DNA from: an uncultured Desulfobacterium sp.
GTDB lineage: Bacteria > Desulfobacterota > Desulfobacteria > Desulfobacterales > Desulfobacteraceae
Direction of reading: 5' to 3'
DNA length: 64,000 bases
Assembly: GCA_963674605.1 (NCBI GenBank)
Contig: OY771474.1
Coordinates: 3,032,341-3,096,340, forward strand
A model generated the notes under the pieces. That model searched no databases. It was given only the letters and a program-made list of their open reading frames with translations, and was not told the DNA's origin. The position numbers were made by a program, and so were the translations under genes. Every line of letters begins with the position of its first letter. Position 1 is the stretch's first letter. This document shows, in pieces, positions 57,094 to 64,000 of this stretch.

Positions 57094-57196
57094 CCATAAC
57101 GGGCTCCGACTTGTGCCATTGTTTTTATAAACCAAAGCCGGGGCGAACCCCAAATGCCACCGATCATGCCCATAACGCAAGTCTGCCCCCTCCCCA
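57094..57196. repeat. Degenerate core copy of the type-A repeat
   Basis: ccataacgggctccgacttgtgccattg...caaagccggggcgaaccccaaatgccaccgatcatgcccataacgcaagtctgcccc. Confidence 0.45.
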
Positions 57197-57729
57197 TTAT
57201 ATGTCAATATAAAAAAGCTTGATCATCAAGTTACAACTTCCATTGCTTTGTATCAGAAAACATTTATTGCAAAGCGTGAAAAAAAAATAATGCATGCCCG
57301 ATAAACTTTCACAAATCAATCAACACCAAAAATTGAGCAAACATGACTCCGAATTAAACCCATTAGATTTATTGTTAAGCAATAGTATACGCCTGCTATG
57401 TTAGAATTTTGTTATGATTATGTTAAGAGTGAATTAAATCTGCTCAAATTGTAACCAAACACAATACCATGCCTGATAAAGATCCTGTCTGACGAGCTTG
57501 ATCACAACATGGGCTAGTTTTCAACACCCCGGCCCAACCAGCTGTCCACCCATGAAAACATGATAGTCATATGAACTAAATCCGATGTTTATTGGATAAT
57601 ATCAAAATAAATCTGATTAATTTTAATATATTTGCAATTCATATGATTTTAGATTTGACATAGATCATATCTTTATACTATGCTTCCATTCGATCAGTAA
57701 AATTCTTAAACTTTTGTGAAGGAAAAAAA

Positions 57730-58104
57730 ATGGAAACTGTCTTTGCACAAAAAGCCCCGAAAGCTGTAGGTCCTTATTGCCACGGAATTAAACATGATAA
57801 CCTTCTGTTCACCTCGGGCCAAATTGCCCTTGACCCCGAAACAGACGATCTGATCCGTGGAGATGTTCAGGAAGAGACCAGACAGGTATTAAAAAACCTG
57901 GAAGCAATTCTGAATGCCGCCGGAACCACCAAAGACAAAGTGATAAAGGTTACTGTCTTCATAAGCAATATGGACGATTTTTCTTTAATCAACGAAGTGT
58001 ATGCTGATTTTTTTGCCCCACACACACCAGCCCGGGCCTGTGTTCAGGTGGCAAGACTTCCCCTGGATGTAAAAGTAGAAATGGAGATGATAGCAGCAAT
58101 ATAA
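57730..58104 (+). CDS. ridA: RidA/YjgF-family enamine/imine deaminase (second copy)
   Basis: APKAVGPYCHG..LFTSGQI, ARACVQVARLPLDVKVEME. Confidence 0.9.
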   Translation: METVFAQKAPKAVGPYCHGIKHDNLLFTSGQIALDPETDDLIRGDVQEETRQVLKNLEAILNAAGTTKDKVIKVTVFISNMDDFSLINEVYADFFAPHTPARACVQVARLPLDVKVEMEMIAAI

Positions 58105-58247
58105 ACGGTTTTCCTCAAGAGTACCAAACCCTTCAAAATATGAATCACTTACCATCATTATAAGGGAGCTCACGTCTTTTATCATGTCTATAACGGCAAT
58201 ATTAAGAAACAATTATAGCGCAGACCCATCCATCCTACGAGGTAAGC

Positions 58248-59003
58248 ATGACGATTTTAGAAACTGAGAAATTAAGTAAACATTTTGGAGGTCTAATCGC
58301 CGTCAATGAGGTCACCATGAGCGTACAAAAAGGTGAAATCGTAGGCCTGATCGGACCCAATGGGGCAGGAAAAACAACGCTGCTCAATGCCATGGCAGGT
58401 TCAAATCCCCCAACATTTGGCAAGGTTCATTTTGATGGGGTTGATACAACCGGTTTTAGTCCGGAAAAAATGTGTCGCCGTGGTCTTTCCAGAACCTTCC
58501 AAATCCCCCAACCCTTTCCCAACATGCCCGCCATTCATAATGTTCTGTGTTCAACCCTGTTTGGGAATAGAATAAAAATTGATGATCCCATTGCACATTG
58601 TCGTTCCATGCTTGAATATGTCGAGTTTCCCATGAATGAACAGACCATCACGTCCAATCTGAACACCATGCAGCTTAAAAGGCTGGATCTGGCAAGGGCG
58701 CTTGCCAGCCATCCCAAGTTACTTTTTCTCGATGAGATGGCCGCAGGCCTGACAGATGGCGAACTCCACGACATCACAAAGCTGATCCTGAAAATAAGGG
58801 ATTCAGGGGTTACCATCGTAATGGTTGAACATCTTATGAAACTGATTTTAAATGTATGTGACCGACTGGTGGTGATTCAGTTCGGCAGCAAAATAGCTGA
58901 GGGAGCAACCCGAGATGTGGCCCAGGACCCCCAAGTCATGAAGGCATACCTGGGAAGCAACCGAAAAAAGACAAAACAAACACCCAAACAAGGAAATTCG
59001 TAA
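58248..59003 (+). CDS. livG: Branched-chain/hydrophobic amino-acid ABC transporter ATP-binding protein (LivG type)
   Basis: Walker A GPNGAGKTT plus the LivG-type N- and C-terminal extensions. Operon with livF/H/M-type genes. Confidence 0.85.
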   Translation: MTILETEKLSKHFGGLIAVNEVTMSVQKGEIVGLIGPNGAGKTTLLNAMAGSNPPTFGKVHFDGVDTTGFSPEKMCRRGLSRTFQIPQPFPNMPAIHNVLCSTLFGNRIKIDDPIAHCRSMLEYVEFPMNEQTITSNLNTMQLKRLDLARALASHPKLLFLDEMAAGLTDGELHDITKLILKIRDSGVTIVMVEHLMKLILNVCDRLVVIQFGSKIAEGATRDVAQDPQVMKAYLGSNRKKTKQTPKQGNS

Positions 59004-59713
59004 TGTTACTTGAAGTCTCCTCTCTCAACGCAGGATACGGTTTTCTGCAGATTCTTCGAGATGTGCACCTCTCCATTGACACAGGCGAATTTGTCTGCCT
59101 TGTCGGTCCCAACGGATCGGGGAAAAGTACCACATTAAAAAGCATCTTCGGAATGTTGCCCAAGGTTTCAGGCTCCATAAAATTTTCAGGTGAAGAACTG
59201 GTGGGCCTGCCGGGATATGAAGTGTACCGGAAAGGTATTGCCTACGTTTCAGAATCCATGAATCTGTTTACCCAAATGACGGTCCAGGAGAACCTTCTTC
59301 TGGGCGCATATATGGAGCGAAATAAAAAGAAGATTCAAGAGCGTGTTCAATACATCTATGCACTTTTTCCCCGTCTGGAAGAGAGAAAGAACCAATTATC
59401 AGGCACCCTCAGCGGGGGTGAACGGAAAATGGTTGCACTTGCCAGGGCTCTCATGGGAAGCCCTAGTCTTGTCCTGGTAGATGAGCCCTCTTTCGGCCTG
59501 GCTCCCCAGATGACAGAAGCTGTTTTTGATGCCCTTGACACCCTCAATTCCAAAGAGAACCTGACCATTCTGGTGGTTGAACAAAATGTTGAACTGACTC
59601 TTGAATACAGTCATCGGGGATATGTTTTGGAAAATGGTGCGATAACGCTGGAAGGAACCAGCCAGGAACTAAATAATAATGCTCATGTCCGCAAAGCCTT
59701 TCTGGGGGTATAA
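59003..59713 (+). CDS. livF: Branched-chain amino-acid ABC transporter ATP-binding protein (LivF type)
   Basis: GPNGSGKST, LSGGERKMVALARAL, LVLVDEPS. Confidence 0.85.
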   Translation: MLLEVSSLNAGYGFLQILRDVHLSIDTGEFVCLVGPNGSGKSTTLKSIFGMLPKVSGSIKFSGEELVGLPGYEVYRKGIAYVSESMNLFTQMTVQENLLLGAYMERNKKKIQERVQYIYALFPRLEERKNQLSGTLSGGERKMVALARALMGSPSLVLVDEPSFGLAPQMTEAVFDALDTLNSKENLTILVVEQNVELTLEYSHRGYVLENGAITLEGTSQELNNNAHVRKAFLGV

Positions 59714-59716
59714 CAA

Positions 59717-60748
59717 ATGGCAGAAAAGAAATATTATTCCGAGGCACTGCAGTGGTGCAGATCCTCTGCAGGCATAATTGTTCTGGGTTCTTTTATCCTA
59801 ATGGTAATGGGCACCTATTTTCGTGGCCCCTATCTACTCATAAACACTATTGTAACCGGAGGAATGCTGGCGCTGGTTTCCATGGGACTGGCACTGGTCT
59901 TCGGCGTGATGAATGTCGGCATGTTTGCCCATGGTGAATTTTTCATGCTGGGAACCCTTGTGGCTTTTTATGCATCTAATTTTTCAAGGGAATTACTTGG
60001 AAGTAACCCCAATGCCCTTCTTGTCAATCTTTCCCCCCTGATTGTTATTCTTTCCGCCGGGCTTGTGGGGGCCATCGCAGGTGTCATTATTGAGTTTCTC
60101 ATTTTCAGACCCCTGCGCGCCAGAAACCGGGACAACTGGGTCATGAATACCTTTCTTCTCACCGTTGGTATCAGCATCATCATGGTCAATATCCACCAGC
60201 TGGGATTTGGAACTGAATTTAAAGGCATTATCGGCCATTGGAGCGGCAGGCCGTTTAAGTTATTTAGCGTTTTTATCAGCCGGGACCGGGTGTTTACTCT
60301 GTTATTATCCCTTGTGATTATTGCGGGTTTCGGAGGATTCATGAAATTTACCCGGATCGGCAGGGCCATACGGGCCGTAAGCCAGGATGAAACCGGGGCC
60401 ATGATGGTGGGAATCGGTCTTCCCGGCATATTAATGTTTACCATGGCATTAAGTTGTGGCCTTGCATCCATAGCAGGCGCAAGCCTTCTGTTCATGTACC
60501 CATCCTATCCCACAGTGGGGCTGGAACCATTGTACATGGCATGGTTTGTTGTCATTCTGGTGGGCCTTGGCAACATCACCGGTGCCCTCATGGGGGGATT
60601 CATCGTTGCACTGTTTAAAATTCTCACCGTTGAATTTATCGGTGCGGGATGGGAATTTGTTATACCAACCATTTTCATCATGATCATTCTGGTATTTAAA
60701 CCCAATGGTATCTTCGGATCTGAAGTCCGGGGACTCTTGGATCAATAA
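59717..60748 (+). CDS. livH: Branched-chain amino-acid ABC transporter permease (LivH type)
   Basis: Polytopic membrane protein with the conserved AVSQDETGAMMVGI loop typical of LivH. Confidence 0.8.
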   Translation: MAEKKYYSEALQWCRSSAGIIVLGSFILMVMGTYFRGPYLLINTIVTGGMLALVSMGLALVFGVMNVGMFAHGEFFMLGTLVAFYASNFSRELLGSNPNALLVNLSPLIVILSAGLVGAIAGVIIEFLIFRPLRARNRDNWVMNTFLLTVGISIIMVNIHQLGFGTEFKGIIGHWSGRPFKLFSVFISRDRVFTLLLSLVIIAGFGGFMKFTRIGRAIRAVSQDETGAMMVGIGLPGILMFTMALSCGLASIAGASLLFMYPSYPTVGLEPLYMAWFVVILVGLGNITGALMGGFIVALFKILTVEFIGAGWEFVIPTIFIMIILVFKPNGIFGSEVRGLLDQ

Positions 60749-60753
60749 ATTAG

Positions 60754-61785
60754 GTGGGACATATGCTTTTATATCAAAACAATAAAAATATGGATGGATT
60801 TCAGCGAATCCTTGATAAAATGTGCCTGACGCCCTTGGGTTTCTTCGCAATCATTCTTCTGATCCTCCTGCCCCAGATTCCTGGGATGAATGCCCAGTAT
60901 CTGGTGAGATGGTTCACTCTTGCAGCATTTCTGGCCGCATGCAGCATAGTTTTTGACTTTACATCCGGCTTTATAAATATCGTAAATTTTGGTTTCATGG
61001 CCTTTGCAGGTCTCGGTGGATATGCATCCGCGATTATCGTAAACAACACAGGAATCATTCCCTGGGTCGGAATGCTGTTTGCAATGTTTATCACCGGCTT
61101 ACTTGGCTTTTTCACAGGAATAATCACCCTGCGATTGAGAGGCATTTTTGCAGCGGTCATGACATGGTTTGTGGCACTGTCCCTCATGGGTCTGGCAACC
61201 AAACTTGTGAATCTCACCCAGGGTCCTTCGGGACTCATTGTACCCAAACTGTACCAGACGGCATCCAACATCCCCTATTATTATACCGCCATTGCCATGC
61301 TGGTCGTCTGTTACACCATCTGCGCCGTCATTGTTCGAAGCAAAAACGGTATCGCTTTCCAGGCCATTGGACAGAACATGGAAGCTGCCAGGGCTTCAGG
61401 GATCAATCCTGTCTATTACCGCCTCTTAAATTTTACCGTCAGCTGCATCCTTGCCGGTGCCCTGGGCGCATTTTACGCCCATTACTTTGGTGTCCTGACA
61501 CCCGAGGTAATGCATACCAGTAAAACAGTGGAGGTGCTTGCCATCTCGTTCATCGGCGGAAGAGCCAGTTTGTGGGGAGGGGCCGCCACGGCATTTCCTT
61601 TTATAATTGCCATGGAAAGTATAAGATCCGCCCTGTCCAACCTGCCCGGGGTTCACCTTGTCATCTATGGGATTTTTCTTATCCTGGTCATGATCTACTA
61701 CCCGGGAGGCGTTGCAGGCATTTATTCTGAAATCGTTGATAAAACAAAAAACAACAAATTGATTTCCTGGCTGGCGGCGCGATGA
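60754..61785 (+). CDS. livM: Branched-chain amino-acid ABC transporter permease (LivM type); start uncertain
   Basis: Polytopic membrane protein with the AIGQNMEAARASGIN loop typical of LivM. Confidence 0.8.
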   Translation: MGHMLLYQNNKNMDGFQRILDKMCLTPLGFFAIILLILLPQIPGMNAQYLVRWFTLAAFLAACSIVFDFTSGFINIVNFGFMAFAGLGGYASAIIVNNTGIIPWVGMLFAMFITGLLGFFTGIITLRLRGIFAAVMTWFVALSLMGLATKLVNLTQGPSGLIVPKLYQTASNIPYYYTAIAMLVVCYTICAVIVRSKNGIAFQAIGQNMEAARASGINPVYYRLLNFTVSCILAGALGAFYAHYFGVLTPEVMHTSKTVEVLAISFIGGRASLWGGAATAFPFIIAMESIRSALSNLPGVHLVIYGIFLILVMIYYPGGVAGIYSEIVDKTKNNKLISWLAAR

Positions 61786-61846
61786 GCCGGCTTCGTAATA
61801 TAAAGGGGCCGGTAAGGCCCCATTAAACATCCTTAACCTTTATTAA

Positions 61847-63112
61847 ATGGAGAAAAAAATGCGCTTTTTCAAATCATTACTGGTCATTCCGGCCCTGATG
61901 CTTCTTTTATCAGGTACGGCGTTTTCAAATGATAACGTATTTAAAATCGGAGTCTGTGCAAGCTTCACAGGTTCAAATGCAACCTGGGGTGACAATACCA
62001 AAGCCGCAACCCAGGAAGCATTTGCAGAAATCAACAATAAAATCGGTGATTACGATATTGAACTGGTATGGGTGGACACAGAAGGTGACCCGGCCAAGGG
62101 TACCGGCGCCCTTTCAGAGGCGGTTGAACGAAAAGGCATTGATATCGTTTTTTACAACGTATTATCCGAGGTGGCAGTTGCCATGATAGATGTCGCCGCT
62201 CAGTACCAGATCCCCTACTTTTGTGGGTTGGGGGCAACAGAAATCATAAATGACAAGTATTTATCCAACCCTGAAAAGTATAAATACTACGGTGGAAAAG
62301 GGTGGCCTTCAGCTTCCAAACTTGTGGGTGGATATGTTGATGCCATCAACGACGCATACGACAGAGGCATCTGGATACCGAAAAACAGAAAAGTTGTTGT
62401 TTACGGTGCGGACAACGGATGGGGACGCTCAATTGGAAAAGCCTTGAAACAACTCCTGACAGATACCGGTTGGGAGGTTGTTATGGAAGAGTATCTTGCC
62501 ATAAACCAGATGGATCACTATCCGCTCATCGCTAAAATTCAAAAAGCCGATTCATCACTTCTTGTGGGCACTCTGAATATTCCGCCGTTGATGTTCAGCT
62601 TTGTAAAACAGCTGGGTGAAATGGGATATGATGGCCTCGTGGTTGCCGAAGCGCTCAGCTGGGCTGGCAACTGGTATGAAATGACGGGAGCTGCCTCCAA
62701 TTACCTTCTGGACATGAGCCCCCAGCTGGCCTCAAAAGACGCCGTTGCCTGGGCCGATCGCATGGAAAAAAAATACGGTTTCCGTCCCAGTGCTGCTGCA
62801 GGAGCGCTTCCCTATGATTACGCCCGTTTTCTTATCAAAAGCCTGAAACGTGCCCTTGAAAAACATGAAAAACTGGACAGAGCCGCCTATCTTGACATTA
62901 TGCTGTCAGAAGTGATCACCGGGAAATTGACCTATACCATGGAAGAAGGTGCCCTGCTCATGAAAGAGTACCAGTACACAAAGGAGTCCATGCCCGATCC
63001 GGTGGTCAGCCCGGACCATTTTGCATTCCCTGTTGTACAGTACATGGACGGAAAACCCATCATCGTATTTCCGTCCCACCTGAAACAGGCGGATTTGAAA
63101 ATTAAAAAATAG
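61847..63112 (+). CDS. Periplasmic substrate-binding protein of the Leu/Ile/Val-binding (type I PBP) family. An alternative start at ATG 61859 has better RBS spacing.
   Basis: Signal peptide (MRFFKSLLVIPALMLLLSGTAFS), a type I PBP-like sequence, and last position in the liv-type operon. Confidence 0.75.
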   Translation: MEKKMRFFKSLLVIPALMLLLSGTAFSNDNVFKIGVCASFTGSNATWGDNTKAATQEAFAEINNKIGDYDIELVWVDTEGDPAKGTGALSEAVERKGIDIVFYNVLSEVAVAMIDVAAQYQIPYFCGLGATEIINDKYLSNPEKYKYYGGKGWPSASKLVGGYVDAINDAYDRGIWIPKNRKVVVYGADNGWGRSIGKALKQLLTDTGWEVVMEEYLAINQMDHYPLIAKIQKADSSLLVGTLNIPPLMFSFVKQLGEMGYDGLVVAEALSWAGNWYEMTGAASNYLLDMSPQLASKDAVAWADRMEKKYGFRPSAAAGALPYDYARFLIKSLKRALEKHEKLDRAAYLDIMLSEVITGKLTYTMEEGALLMKEYQYTKESMPDPVVSPDHFAFPVVQYMDGKPIIVFPSHLKQADLKIKK

Positions 63113-63349
63113 TGTTTTCCAACTGTTTTGTTCTTCAATAGTCATCTAAACACACCCTTTGATGTACCAGGGCAGGTTTGTGGTTGATGTATACGCCAAT
63201 CAATCCAGACCTGCTCTAATTAACAATTCAATCCTAATGTACATCCATTTCCCATTTATTGTGCCAGACCAACACATCCCATTGCGCAACACCTCGGACG
63301 TATTGAGCGAGGCTTTACGCCATACTTAAACCTATGCAGCAAATCACTT

Positions 63350-63532
63350 GTGTATATCCTGCCCTTTGGCACACCGGAACAGGTATCTGATGAGGTAAAA
63401 CGAAACATCGATATTCTGGCACCTGGTGGCGGATTTGTATTTGCCACTGTACACAACGTAACTGAAGGCGTACCCCTGGAAAATATTGTAGCTGCATATG
63501 AAACAGCTCTGGAATATGGCAGCAACCGTTAA
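63350..63532 (+). pseudogene. C-terminal remnant (~60 aa) of a uroporphyrinogen-decarboxylase (URO-D/MtaA-like) family gene
   Basis: GTPEQVSDEVKRNIDILAPGGGFVFATVHNVTEGVPLENIVAAYETALEYG matches the family C-terminus. There is an in-frame stop at 63236-63238, and no family-like sequence lies upstream. Confidence 0.55.
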
Positions 63533-63541
63533 GTTATAATA

Positions 63542-63569
63542 CTCCCCGGCTTTGCCGGGGAGCTGTTTT
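63542..63569 (+). terminator. Rho-independent terminator
   Basis: ctccccggc-ttt-gccggggag followed by ctgtttt. Confidence 0.7.
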
Positions 63570-63670
63570 CCAGGTTCGTCGTTGGCAATGTTGATTTATG
63601 CAAAAAAGCGAACTGCCATGGAAATTACAGGTAAAACCACCTATTACCCTCGGTCCCCATGGCACTGTTT

Positions 63671-64000
63671 CTATGCCCAGATATCGCCGATCTTAAACCC
63701 GTTGGGAAAGGGGTCGGTATAATCCAGCACCATGGTATTAAAACCCGTAATCCAAGCCTGGCCACCCACTGTGGGCACAACTGCCCTTTTATCGCCAATG
63801 CGGGTCTCTTCCACCAGTTCACCATAAAAAATATTGCCGAGAATGCCTTCATGTCGAAACTTCTCATTAATGGCAAGTTCACCCTTGGCATGTAGCACCG
63901 CCATTTTGGCACAGGTACCGGTACCGCAGGGGCAGCGGTCGATGGCCCCTGTCCATGTGGAAGGGTTGTCCCAATCCAGGGGACCGGATGCCACGGTCAC
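63671..64000 (-). CDS. Proline racemase / 4-hydroxyproline epimerase family protein, C-terminal part only (the gene continues beyond the window)
   Basis: DRCPCGTGTCAKMA motif (second catalytic Cys region) and the conserved C-terminus VGGQAWITG. Confidence 0.8.
   Translation of the reverse strand: MTVASGPLDWDNPSTWTGAIDRCPCGTGTCAKMAVLHAKGELAINEKFRHEGILGNIFYGELVEETRIGDKRAVVPTVGGQAWITGFNTMVLDYTDPFPNGFKIGDIWA

Noticed and set aside
57650-57690. TTGACA...TATACT as a promoter for the ridA-liv operon.
   Set aside because: The spacer between the hexamers is only 13-15 nt, which is too short for a confident sigma-70 call.

Overview
This 64-kb chromosomal window has gene content typical of a marine sulfate-reducing Desulfobacterales-type deltaproteobacterium. 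That taxonomic placement is an inference from gene families, not a search result. All protein calls come from motif and family recognition in the supplied translations; no database search was run.

Left to right the window encodes:
- a chemoreceptor (MCP);
- a tesA/ybbA/ybbP-like lipolytic enzyme plus ABC exporter set;
- a PAS-GGDEF protein, a hypothetical protein and a metallophosphoesterase;
- a sigma-54 activator + Ser/Thr kinase operon, divergent from a UGA-recoded (selenocysteine) HdrD/GlpC-like Fe-S oxidoreductase;
- a complete alternative spermidine pathway (speA, carboxyspermidine dehydrogenase, nspC, speB);
- an MscK-like channel;
- a six-gene cluster: HisD-like dehydrogenase, DegT aminotransferase, RidA, DcyD/CuyA-family lyase, Asp/Glu-type racemase and a GntR regulator;
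- a hybrid histidine kinase, dut and a flavoprotein;
- a Vibrio 'TonB2'-type energiser cluster with a TonB-dependent receptor;
- a REC-CheC-GGDEF operon;
- lysR/P5C dehydrogenase and phoU-phoB-phoR;
- a ridA + liv-type amino-acid ABC transporter;
- a partial proline-racemase-family gene at the window edge.

I recognised no rRNA, tRNA, CRISPR, prophage or defence genes.

The most unusual content is non-coding:
1. An orientation-consistent, modular family of structured intergenic elements. It consists of a ~125-nt long-hairpin module plus ~45-85-nt small-hairpin modules, each ending in TTTTCATATAAA. It sits in tandem arrays directly upstream of start codons, including inside the exbB-exbD and nspC-speB operon junctions.
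2. A very dense family of nested-inverted-repeat MITE-like elements with 8-bp target-site duplications, including nested insertions and one lying within a decayed response-regulator gene.
3. A third small TIR element with a 9-bp duplication.

The HisD-like...racemase cluster is proposed, as inference only, to be an amino-alcohol/organosulfonate (cysteate-type) or D-amino-acid beta-elimination pathway.
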